In this document: positions 52,761-64,000 of the stretch, piece after piece
Layout of the letters: each line of letters starts with the position of its first letter
Position numbering within the stretch: the first letter of the stretch is position 1
NCBI GenBank assembly: GCA_965649765.1
Contig: OZ287752.1
Span: 35,402,001-35,466,000, forward strand
DNA: 64,000 bases
DNA from: Bispira polyomma
Taxonomy: Eukaryota
Direction of reading: 5' to 3'
Notes under the pieces: model-generated
The model's input: the letters and a program-made list of their open reading frames with translations, nothing else
Database searches by the model: none
What the model was told of the DNA's origin: nothing
Position numbers and translations under genes: made by a program

Positions 52761-54809
52761 TGGATGTTTGATTAGATTAGTTTCCAGAAATAGAAACAAA
52801 TTATCAAAAGAATCTGTAAATAATGTGGCTAATGCTTTTAGTAGTATAAGATGCGACTATTGCAATTTGATGTTTTTAATTCTTTGATGTCTTTGTGCTA
52901 TTACAATTAAATGTATAAGTTGTGTATGTCCAGCTTTTGTTTTGTATTTAAAACTTTTTTTTCAGACAAAGGCTAAATTAGGTGACGAACCTACATTGGT
53001 AACATCAAATACTTTGAGTACCGGGATACATTTTATGTGCACAATTGAGGCTCAGTTTTGTGTAAACATAGCCCTGTCACCTCCCACTTCTCTCTTGGTT
53101 TGAATGTTTGATTTTGCATATATGTGGAAAACTTTGTAGTAGATTGGCTGAAGGCCGATACTTTATAGAAATCTTAAGCAACTACCCTGTAACATTTTTC
53201 GTCTACCAATAAATTGCAATATAATACGCAGTTTTTAAAATACGTGTAGCACCTCAAAATTAGCAGCAAACAAGAAAGTTTTGGATTAGATGGAATATTT
53301 TATTTTAAAACAATATGTACAGATATAAATTAAACAATTTAAATCACAATTTTTGATCGAGTGTGCACCATTTGGTTGAAAACAAACATACAAATATTTT
53401 GATAATTTGAGCTTGATAGGGGTTGCTTAAAGCATTCTATTCTGTTAGCTAACTTTGTTAAAGTCAAAGGAAATCTCAAAATAACAAAATGCCTAATGCC
53501 TTACTGGTTACACAAACAACCATTGTGATAAAAATTTAGGATACGGGATTCCTTTCAGTTTTAACATCAAATAAAAGGTCCTGGGAAGTCTGTGAACCAT
53601 TTCAAATACATTTACACAACACCTGAATACCTCTAGTCTAGTTACCAAACAGCAAGTGGTTTACCATTAAAACTCTTACCAGCCTTTTAAATATTTTTTG
53701 CTAAACCCTTTCGAAAAAAGACTACTTTCTTTGGCATTTCCTCCAGTAATTTACTGGAGTAATAGCTATTTGTAAGACACATATTAATGAACTTAAATTG
53801 GGAAAATTACTTTTACATTAATTTTTTATTTTACATTAAATTTTTAATTGCTAACATACTAACCCATTTTATTAAAAAAAGACAACAGCTGTTACCTGGC
53901 AAACATTTAGTGTTGTATATTTTGCATTTCATTGTATTTTATAATTAAGTGTTCAGTTTGTTTGCAGTTAGGAGTCAGAAACACCATTGACCACACAGTG
54001 GAAATTTTACAAAAAAAAATAGCAATAATAGATAGGTGTTAGAGGTGTGATTATGTGTGTTATGACAATTGTAAGTAGAAACTCGAGTTAGCAAGTAAAT
54101 GTTGGAGCACCAGTGTGACATGCTTAATAACTATTACTGCCTTGTAGGAGACACCATGTAACTGTACTAAAAATCAATGACAGATGAGCTGGTTTGCCTG
54201 TAAATGGCATCAATTCTTTATTCTGTTGTTTTAAAAAAAATTAACAGCAGAAAATATTTCCTGCCAAAGTGATAAAGTAGACCTCTCTGGTTTTGGAAGA
54301 AAAATCAAACAAGCTTGGAAAAGAGATGCTGATGAACATTTTGCTTGCCCTAACTAAATTTAAAGATTAGATGTAAGACGTTAATACAAGAGAATCCATC
54401 CATTGAATAGGCCTTTTTGTGTTCAAATAAAGAAAAGCTTTAGCCACTTTTTCCCGTAGGGTTCGCCCTGATTCTGGTTAACAAACCGTCGGTTTTTGAG
54501 AATCTACATCTTAGAGGACGTTTCTAAACTTTCATCTGCTTTATAAATCCTTTAATTTTTAATTATTATTGATGCTAGGCACATTTTAATGTGCAAACAG
54601 CAAAATCGATAAACCAAGCGATAGTTCGAAAAGCACAGGTAATTCCCAATAAAGGATGTCGGGTGTGTTTAATTATTATTGATGCTTCTTTGATTTTGTA
54701 TGAAGCATTTATATAGCACCAAAATGTATGACATTGTATCCGTTAGGCACTTGTTCTCCAAGATGAAATAGTCTTATAGCATAGTATTGTATTTAATTGT
54801 CATCAGAAG

Positions 54810-55378
54810 GCAATGGTCTGTTCATGTTCCAGACTAAGAGCAATGGATCTAGAGCTTTTTCAATTGTTGCTCCTATGTTATGGAATAGTCTCCCTGTTGA
54901 GCTTAGATTACTAAAAACACTATCTGGGTTTAGAAAAAAAACTTAAAACTTACCTATTCAAACTCACTAATCCCCTTAAGTGTTCCCTCCCTGTGTGTAC
55001 ACCCCGGCATCTTTTCTTACGACCTGGCTATGTTTTTGGATTTGAATTTGGATATTTAACGTCCACTCTAGTACCTGTTTAGGTTATATTGGGACGGGTA
55101 GTTGGAAATGCTGGAGGAAACACTGCATAGATCAAGGTTCTGCAGTGAAACTGGCGGCCCACAGTAAGGAACTACCATCTTTCCCACATAGGCATCGACA
55201 GGATTCCAACTCACACCGTCCAGAGGTGAGAGACCAGTGATTGTGAAGCGCAATGCTTGCTAACCGCCAGCTATGGTTTTGGACTTTTTTGGATTGGTTA
55301 ATTGATTTTGTTGTTTTTTGATAGATGCTTTGCATCAATAAGGCGTATTAAAAATGCACAATGCAATACAATACAATT
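54810..55378 (+). mobile_element. L2-type LINE 3' fragment interrupted by a SINE
   Basis: GSRAFSIVAPMLWNSLPVELR-like translation; gcatcaataaggcgtattaaaaat + (CAATA)n tail. Confidence 0.75.
55041..55269 (-). mobile_element. tRNA-derived SINE (family A), slightly 5'-truncated
   Basis: Near-identical to the other family A copies; 14-bp TSD gctatgtttttgga / gctatggttttgga. Confidence 0.88.
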
Positions 55379-56349
55379 GTGTGGAAAAGCTTGAATGAAT
55401 TGGTTATCATTTTACACTACTCATCTGATACCAGCTACAGTACTACTCCAGTTTTGATACAATGGTACCTTTAAATATTAAGCAGACCCAAATCATTTAT
55501 CTTCCTGTTTCAACACTGACATAAATCTTCATGAAGTCAGCCCTCAATAGATAGATTTCCATTTGATAGATGACTTCTAATCCCAATCCTCCCTTCCACT
55601 GTGTCTCTCCCTTAACCCACCCACTACAGTATGCTTCATCACTCATTGGATAAAGTAAATATCAAACATAGCTTGGCTCTTAAACCAGTCATTTGTTTGG
55701 GAGCTTTTAAATATAACTCCCTCTGAATAGCCCATGGGCTTTTAACTTGAACTTAAGGAAATGTAGGGGATGGGCTCTAACGAGAATGTGGTTTTAATAT
55801 TCAAAATTTTAACAGTATTTATAGAAAACTAGGGGTGGGCTCTTATAAAAGCATGGGCTATATATATATATATGGTAGAATTGCTTGATAAAAACCTGGA
55901 CTGGTACTTAATAACTTTACAGTATAATTTTCACTGCCTACCAATTATCGCCAACCCCACAAATAAAGTGATGATAAGTCTATCATCAGTAAAAAATGTT
56001 TTTCTAGAATAATTGTGGCAACTTTAAAAAACAATATACCAACATGTAGTTACCAGCAGTTTATTAGCTTTACAAAGGCACTTTTCTGCGAGTTATTTAA
56101 GGCTTAACTATAGGGTGATGAATAATTAGTAACTGGTGACAATTGGACTACAGAGCAGTACAGCTCTAAATTTGTGCACACAGACTGTCCAAAGGAAGAC
56201 CAAATGTGGTCTTTAATATAATATAGGTGGTCATTTAGAAAAAATTCAAAATGTAAGGTAATCAGAAGCAATGGAACTGGAATTAGTAGGTGGGATAGTT
56301 GGGATCTTCTTAGGGCAAGCGTCTTGGATATATGTAGACACAGCCTTTA

Positions 56350-56521
56350 TAAGTAGTGCATCTACACATTGATAATCCCTAACATGCTGGGAGAACAAGA
56401 TTCTGTTTAGATGTTAGAAGGTTTATAAAATAAAAGAGGCTTTTTCTGTGTAATATAATATGAAAAATATGAATTTGGCTTAGTGAAAATTGATAAGTTA
56501 GGATAATAGAGGTTCTACTAT
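56350..56521. mobile_element. CAGTAGAACCTC-family MITE, diverged
   Basis: Ends ggataatagaggttctacta; internal tagaaggtttataaaata matches the other copies. Confidence 0.55.
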
Positions 56522-59500
56522 ATAAGTTTGACTGTTTGCAATTATTTGAGTGCATGGAAACACATAAAATGAGTTATGTACATCATGTAGAAACATATAA
56601 TATAAATAGTTTATATATTTTATATGGGAAATAGATTATTATTTACAACATCATGTGTGACATAGATATCAGTAAGCCATTTGCTCAGCTCATTTTGTGT
56701 GACTGATATGATGTCACTCTTTATGATAAATATTTATATTATAAAAGTGTCACCCATAAAATAAATTAATATTTATAAATAGACTGTCTTCCTAAACACA
56801 AAACCTATTTCAGAGAGGGTGGAATGATTAATGTTTGTAGGGGTAAACAGTTCTTAATATAGTATCCTTTTTTTTTAAAAGCCACACTGCTTTGATTAAT
56901 TGATAAGGTTATTTTGATGAAAGATATTTTAGAAATTCTTTTGTTTCTACACCAGAAACTGACATTTTAAATTGTTTTTAACACGAAATTACAAAGCAAA
57001 ATAAACATTACATATGGTTAGACCTTTGGGCCAGTAGCATATATCGTGAATTTTATTTTTGATACCATCAGTTTAAAATGGAAATGGAATTAGCATTTCA
57101 TACTTCTAGATGAAACCAAAAATTAAATAATACTTAAAGAAGACAAAACAAAAACAAAGTTGCTGATAATGTGTGATAGACCAGTCTTTTACTGTGACCA
57201 ATGTGTCTCTGTAGTGACGTCATCACCACCCCCACCCCATCATCATAAATTAGTAACCATTCCTACACTGTGAGGTTTACCCTTAAGGTCAAACTTAATT
57301 AACACACAGACTGACTATGTCTGATTTTAATCCATCTCCTACTTTGGTTGGTAAAGGTTTAAAATATACCCCCACTGATTAAAAAAGTAGGTATATTAAA
57401 AATGGATTTGATGGCATGGTTCCAATACCTAATAACCAACAAGCTGTGGGAATGGCAAAATTGGCAGTGGATTTGCTGAAGGGCGGTGCTTTGCTGTGCA
57501 GAAAACACTTAACTGCTGTCGTCCACCAATAAACTGTCCTGCTTTGACATGATACTCAGTTATTGAAAGCGACATTTAACCAAAATAAATAAAGAAATCT
57601 ATATGAACGACAATAAAGCGTTGATTCTTGGGAATATGGTCACATTATCCAAAAAAAAAACTAGAATTACTGATATTTATGCCATGTATGGTTTTATTTC
57701 TTGTTATGCCTGCAAAAAAAAAGGCACAATTTAGACCAATTTTGCTAAAGTACCTTACTTTTCTTCACTTTTTTAAAACATCGTCTCAGTCTTTAATCTT
57801 CCCCTTTGAGGTACCATAAGAATTAGATATTATTTGTGTAAAACACATACCTCTACGGCTTCATTTGGTGCAGACTCTGTGATGTTCTGGTCTGATTTTG
57901 ATTATGCTGTGTGGAAATACCATCTTTTACAGACATTGACTGTAGTTGATGAGTTAGGAAAAGGCTAAAATACTAAATGACAAATGGCTGGCTGATACCG
58001 TAATATCTTCAAAGTATGCTTCATGTCTTTAATATAGAGATATGTCAACAACCAAAGTTGTCATTGGGTACTTTTAATGACAAATATATATTTATTTATT
58101 TACTCTTATACTTCAATTTAGTGGCATATACATGGGAAAATAACATCATATTCACTCATTTAAAAATAATCTGTAATTTAACCTTATTGAGTTAAAACTT
58201 TTTGTAAATGAAAAAAATTTCAATTTTAATAGACAACATGTAGGTTTGTGATATAATTAGCTAAGTGGGTAGTTTTTTGGTCTTGGTTGAACGTTTGTGA
58301 GGTACTTGCCATATAGTTCAGTGGTACTGGTTTGCACCCCCAATAAATTTGGCTGTCACAAATGTGACCAAAGATGTTCAAAATGACATGGAACCCAAAT
58401 GAAATAGTCAAATTCAAAACATTCCTGATAAATACAACACTGCAAGACCTCCCATTACTAAAACCCCAACGACTCAAATGAAGTATTGCTGTTATTTACT
58501 TTACAAACAAATAACCTATACGTGTAACTATTTATTTTAATAGAGCTTTCAGCGCTGAATTCAAATATGTAGTCAGATGTTAGCTATGTTTACTCCTGTC
58601 AGAGGAATGAATGCTGATTTACAGATTTGGGCTTTTTAGTCTGGGGTTGAGTTGAGCACTTGTGTTTAAGTAAGGGTACAGGGGCGGTCTGCTGCGTGTG
58701 CAGTAATTGTATGGAATACAGTAGCACACATATCTACAGTTCAGACGAGAGGCCTTGTATATATGCTCAATTACTCTATGGACTAATCTAAATCCCATTG
58801 TGTAAATGTGTCTGGAAAGTTTCCGGCTTCTCATGGAATGGAGGGAAAAACCCCAGCATATATTTAAAGCATTTCCTTTTTTATTGAGGCTTTCTCCGAA
58901 CAATTTAAATTCATATTTCTGGAATTTAATGTTAATTCATACAAAACAAAAAGCCTATTTTTTGCTGAAATACATTTTTCTTCAATCATCAGCACAAAGT
59001 GTATACTCATTTACAAGGAATTCGTTGTTGTACATGGAATTATAAGTGTATAGTCAATTACATAGAATTCTCTTTTGTACATTGAATTACACAAGTGTAT
59101 TCCTAATTGCATGGAATTACTTTTCTTTTAAATAAGCCAGATCAGCAATTCAAATGTGTACATATATAATGTGGTATCTGTTGGTTAAAACAAAACACTC
59201 AATGGTTTAGTGGTAACACAGTTAACTTCAAACTCTGTAGTCGTGGGTTCGAATATTGGTCCTGGCATGTATGTAGGAAAATTGGCACTAGACTTGCTAC
59301 GATGATTTGTTCAGCAGAAAAGCTTGAAACTAACTAGCCTACTCTAATTTTCTCCACAAATGAACTGCCCTTTGTAAAATGATGCAAAACATGCTGAAAA
59401 CTAAACCTATCCTCATAAATCACTAATACAGCACGAATATTGTAAAGATAATTAGTTAATAATATTTTTGTGAAAACCGTTTACTGACTGCCATGATTGC

Positions 59501-59725
59501 CTATGTTAGTATAGTGCTTGATACTATGTGCATTAATTTTCAGTTTTAAGTGATAAGGAAAGTCGCAATTCTTTGCGAGACTTGGAAATAACTGTTCTAT
59601 CATCGCCACAAAATTTGCTTACTTATCCCGACCAGACATACACACTCCAAATGCTAATTTGCCTGCTTAAAAATGCGACCTTTTGACAATTGCAGCAAAG
59701 TAGTCTAGTTACCATATTAAGCCTG

Positions 59726-60844
59726 TGTAACAACCCTGTTTAGCCCAGCTGACCAAATTAAGATATAAGTCTCAATAAAGTATCAGTTCGCGTTGTGTTC
59801 AAATAGGCAGGTCGCCAGATAACAGATTCGTATAGGCAAGGTCACCGAATAAGCTGGGGGTTATTGAAGCCTGGATCAATAAGCTCATCAAAGATGACTT
59901 TTAATTACAAATTAAGAACAACAAAATTAACTTCAATATGTATATTATAAATCAAAAAGTGTACATATAATTATACGGTACAATAACCCGGAAAAACAAC
60001 AATATAAATGCACCAGTCCTGTGTACTTATATAAATTTAAGACAGCTAGGTGGCAGTGGCAAAATACCAAGAACAACACTATATATTCTACAATTAATGT
60101 CAGCCTATTTAATGACAGTCTATATAGTTCAACAAGCTAGGCCTGACAAAAAAAAAACATACCGCCTGACAAATATTCAAGTTACATTATAATAAACACC
60201 TAGACCGGCGATGCAAGGCAGCAAATTACATGTGTCTATATGAGTAATTATTAATTACTATATCTCACAACTAAAATATACCACAAGTTGTAAGAACTGT
60301 CAAAAACATGAGGTTTTGTTGATCAACAAAAAGGGAGGGAAAACCCCCAATCTGACAATAATTAGCAAATAAATAGCAAAACCTCAATTAAATTGGATAA
60401 AAGTTACACACTATATTTGAATACATTAATGACATAAATTAAGAGATTTGGAACCGAAAAGAATGAACTGAACCGGAACCGGAACTTCGGGATGTGAATC
60501 GGCTGTTTCCGGAAGAAAAAGCCCCCCACAATGCATCACTCGGCTCGCGAAATGGCCTGAACACCGCTCGGAAGACACCGCCCTAATAGTAAACAACACC
60601 GACCAGTGTATATATAAGGTGATGACGTCATCACAAGATGGCGGATCTCACTTCCGAGAAAATATTGCAAAACAGATGAAAATGCTGCGAATTTAGTGAA
60701 TGACAACCTTATTTTGAAGTAAAATACTAGTATATACCTAACAAACTAGCAATTTACCAATTCTCGCTTCATAACTTCCATTAATAAGAGATATATCGTA
60801 AGCACGAGTCTCCAATTAGTACTCGCGATGACTGGGTCATCACA
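59726..60844 (-). repeat. Putative 3' LTR (~1.12 kb)
   Basis: Begins TGTGATGACC immediately after the PPT and ends GGTTGTTACA (imperfect terminal inverted repeat). The 5' LTR is outside the window, so the distal boundary is inferred. Confidence 0.7.
60609..60644. promoter_or_regulatory. LTR U3 promoter-like cluster: TATA-like run, 16-bp CRE-core palindrome, YY1-like motif
   Basis: TATATATAA (60609-60617), GTGATGACGTCATCAC (60619-60634), AAGATGGCGG (60635-60644). Confidence 0.55.
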
Positions 60845-60857
60845 CTCCCCCCTGCTT
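60845..60857 (-). other. Polypurine tract
   Basis: AAGCAGGGGGGAG on the - strand, directly before the LTR TG. Confidence 0.85.
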
Positions 60858-61417
60858 ACACTCTGTTATGCCCTCATAACAATAACTCACTAAAACAGCT
60901 GACTACATGCCCAAAGTGGCACCTCTATAATTACATAAAAACATTATGTACTACATATATATATATATATATATATATCATTAAAACATAATCAATACTG
61001 ATATTTAGTTGTTCATAAAAGTTCATAAATCACAATTAAAAATTGTAAAATGTCCATTAAATCTGAAAAAGAAAAATGTGACTTAATCCAAGTCAATAAA
61101 ACATTAAAAAATGTAAAGTACCCTTTATACAACTGCACTATAAGGCATTTAATGACTTGGAATACATCACTTATCTGTTCTCTTGAAATACAGATACTGA
61201 CAACATAGTAATACTGTTAAAATGCAAAATTTGAATAAAATAAGTGATAAATAAGTGTCCTCGTGTGACACTATAAAAGGTTAAACTTTTGACATCTGTC
61301 AAAAGTGTAACTTGACATTTAAAACATTAATACTTGACATGAATTTTGAAATTTTGGTAAATACCCCATTTTAGAAGTGAAAGAAAATAATATAAATCCC
61401 CCCAAATTTAACTAAAT

Positions 61418-62350
61418 TTATTCTTCCCCCAAATTAAGACAGTCTCCCAAAACCATTTCCTGATAACTGAAAGTATCGACATCGTCCAAAACACTCTTGC
61501 CCTTTACCATTTGTCCTTTCAACTTCCTGATCTCCTCCTCCATCCTCCGTCTTTCAGAACGTTCTCCCTTAAGTTGCTCTGTCAATCCTTTCTCCCTTAG
61601 TCTTTGTTCTTTTACCTCCAGCTTCTTTAATTTGTCCTTTGCACACTTTTCCTTCTGTGACCAGAACTTCATTTTTTCCTTGGCCAACAAAATGTCTCTG
61701 ATCAGCTTTTTTTTTTCTTCTGTTTCTGCTGTGCTCAGACATGCACCTACTCTCCCGGCATGTGGCTCTGGGACATCTGGCAACATTGAGTGGTCTTGTT
61801 CTTCAAGGTGGACTTCCACATCTGTTTCTAATACATCTTCTTTTGTAATTTCGACTTTTACAAATTTGGGGTCGATATCCATAACGGATTGGCATGGCAC
61901 TGTCTCCGAAATGATCGGCTTGTTAGTGCCAGCCACCGACTTTGGCTTTGGACCCACAAATTCTCCTGGGTTAAGATATGTTTTATTTGCCACAATTTTC
62001 ATTCTAAGGTTCTCCCCTGAGCTTGAAACTTTGGCCTCAGTAACATTTAAATGATGTATTTTGACCAGATGTCTTTCCAGGTCGTATGGCCTTTTGAATG
62101 TCCTACAAGAAGTGCCTGTGGTGCACTTGTACAGTGTAATGAAGGGTGAGTGGATATCAGCCCAGTGCCTGCTTAAGGCAAACTTCTGTCCAAAGGACGT
62201 ATTACGGCGTAGACAGTCTGGTACCAAACAGCTGTACCTTCCTCCACTCTTGTTCCAGCCTCGTTTGGCGATGACCTCGGCCCCTCCACCTTTCTCATCC
62301 ATCTCATCCTCAAAGGCTCCCAAATCGAATACGAACTCGTTGACAGACAT
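61418..62350 (-). CDS. Retrotransposon accessory ORF (env position): two C2H2 zinc fingers, acidic linker, coiled coil, 310 aa
   Basis: C-x4-C-x15-H-x4-H (CLVPDC...RHWADIH) and C-x5-C-x11-H-x4-H (CTTGTSC...RHLVKIH); K/E-rich heptads at about aa 210-280; AAAACAAAATG start context; upstream splice acceptor. Confidence 0.85.
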   Translation of the reverse strand: MSVNEFVFDLGAFEDEMDEKGGGAEVIAKRGWNKSGGRYSCLVPDCLRRNTSFGQKFALSRHWADIHSPFITLYKCTTGTSCRTFKRPYDLERHLVKIHHLNVTEAKVSSSGENLRMKIVANKTYLNPGEFVGPKPKSVAGTNKPIISETVPCQSVMDIDPKFVKVEITKEDVLETDVEVHLEEQDHSMLPDVPEPHAGRVGACLSTAETEEKKKLIRDILLAKEKMKFWSQKEKCAKDKLKKLEVKEQRLREKGLTEQLKGERSERRRMEEEIRKLKGQMVKGKSVLDDVDTFSYQEMVLGDCLNLGEE

Positions 62351-62410
62351 TTTGTTTTACTGAAAACATAATACAGAAAAAAATATTAGGCTGTGTACTA
62401 CACCTGAGCC

Positions 62411-64000
62411 CTAATATTCCTGCCCTAAACTGACTTGAACTGATTTATCACTATAGTCACCCTGTAATAACCAGCTAACTGGAGTATCACTGTGAGAATA
62501 GTTCTTAATGTGGTCTATGTGTACAGTAATAGGCTGAGAATTTTCCTCTTTTTGTATTTGATAATTGAGTTCTCCTAGTTTAGAAATCACCAAGTACGGA
62601 CCTTTCCAACCCCGACCAAATATGTCCCTATTGTCAGGTGGATAAAAGACCCACACCCAATCACCTCGCCTGAAGCTTCGTGTCTGAGTGTTCATGTCAT
62701 ATGTCCGTTTTTGTCTGACAGCACTTTTGTGTAAATTGTCTCTAGCTATCCTATAGGCAGTTTGCATGGAGTTCCTGATCCATTCTACGTACTCAACAGG
62801 ACATGTGGAAACCTCAGAACCCATTTGTCTGTCCCCGTACAGGATATCTACAGGTAACCTTACCTCCCTTCCAAACATAAGAAAGTTTGGAGTAAAGTTT
62901 ATACTTTCTTGTATAGTCGATCTGTAGGCTAAGAGTAGGTACGGCAAGTAATCGTCCCAGTCACTCCCGAAATCACTCACTACAGCCCTTAGTAACTGTC
63001 TAATTGTCCTATTCATTCTCTCAACCAGTCCGTCTGATTGTGGTCTATAACGTGATGTTCTAGTCTTTTCTATGTCAAGTAACCTACACATTTCCTTAAA
63101 AAGTAGCGACTCATAATTTCTACCTTGGTCTGTATGAATCACCAGAGGGACACCATATCGGCAAACCCATTGTGTAACAAGTATGTCAGCCACTATTTGT
63201 GCAGTCTGATCTGGCAAGGGATATGCTTTCACATACTTAGTAAAGTAGTCCACTACCACTAGAATGTAATTATTCCCATTCTTACTTGTTGTTACAGGAC
63301 TGTCAAGGGGGTTACCTACTAACTGTTGCTTAAGGGGAGCCCTTTTTGGGTTATGACCTGCCTTATAGCTTTCACAAACCTTACAAGTTTGACACGAACT
63401 GACTATATCCCGTTTGAAACCTGGCCAATAGAACCTACCACGAAGGCTACACACAGTCCTCCTGACCTCAAAATGACCACTAGTTCTTTTACTATGCAGT
63501 TGCTCAAACAGCTGCTTCCTAAAGCTTCCTGAAACGACATACTGCATTACTTGGAACTTCACTAGAATTACCAGGAACCCATTTTCTATACAGAATACCA
63601 TCCTGAATGTCTAACACTGACCACTGAGCACAAAGAGCCTTATATTGCCTACTATGCCCACTGATTTCTGCTTTCTGTGGTTTATCACCTCCAGCAGATT
63701 TAAGTTCTAAGAGTTTACTGATATCATCATCTTGGTATTGAAATTGCCTCAACTCATCAAGTGACCACCTATCAGTCCAATTACTCTGTTGGGAAGTTTT
63801 AGCCTTATTTCTACCTGTAGCATTATATCTGCAGCCAGTCCTACTTTGAGTAGACTCATTGTGTTTTACACCGGAGTCCAAGGAACCACCTAACCCAGTC
63901 CCAGTCGCTATGCTGGGACCCCCACTAAACTCATTAGTGCTTGTAAGGGTCCTACTCCCCTGGGTTTTAATGTCCCCCCTTAACCTGACTACGTGTAACT
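62411..64000 (-). pseudogene. pol: Gypsy pol 3' part: RNase H-integrase linker and integrase, frameshifted near 63550-63570 and with an internal deletion
   Basis: Open frame VTRSQ...QYQDDDI...DGILYRKW from the window end shifts into LH...GH...YWPG...CQTC, VVVDYFTKY, HTDQGRNYES, PQSDGLVERMNRTI and WKGPY. Confidence 0.92.

Larger units (their letters stand above)
59726..64000 (-). mobile_element. Ty3/Gypsy LTR retrotransposon, 3' portion (pol end, extra ORF, PPT, 3' LTR); continues beyond the window
   Basis: Integrase with a GPY module, then an extra ORF, a PPT and a TG...CA LTR, all on the - strand. Confidence 0.92.

Noticed and set aside
61418-62350. env gene
   Set aside because: No signal peptide, transmembrane anchor or furin/fusion-peptide pattern; zinc fingers and a coiled coil instead.
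61497-62363. Plus-strand ORFs of 185 and 100 aa
   Set aside because: Antisense shadows of the accessory ORF; the S/F/L-rich composition mirrors its K/E codons.

Overview
AT-rich, repeat-dense eukaryotic DNA. It is probably from an invertebrate, most likely a mollusc; this is inferred from the style of the SINE, HINE and MITE repeats. There is one 185-N assembly gap (39700-39884). Genes: (1) a complete 6-exon + strand gene (CDS 9067-15730, 522 aa by my manual splicing) for a C-terminal C3HC4 RING E3 ligase. Its helical motifs resemble a RING family best known from plants, and it is preceded by a compact NF-kB/IRF/AP-1-like motif cluster. (2) A divergent, probable first coding exon of a CCDC172-like coiled-coil gene on the - strand (6746-6830). 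Most of the rest is transposon material: L2/CR1-type LINE fragments, a tRNA-derived SINE family with clear TSDs, Helentron-associated (HINE-like) elements, several MITE families and tandem repeats. The right end holds the 3' part of a Ty3/Gypsy LTR retrotransposon (- strand, 59726 to beyond 64000) with a damaged pol/integrase. In the position where env normally sits it has an intact 310-aa ORF with its own splice acceptor. That ORF encodes two C2H2 zinc fingers and a coiled coil, not an envelope protein. Together with a 16-bp CRE-core palindrome next to the LTR TATA box, it is the most interesting candidate system in the window.
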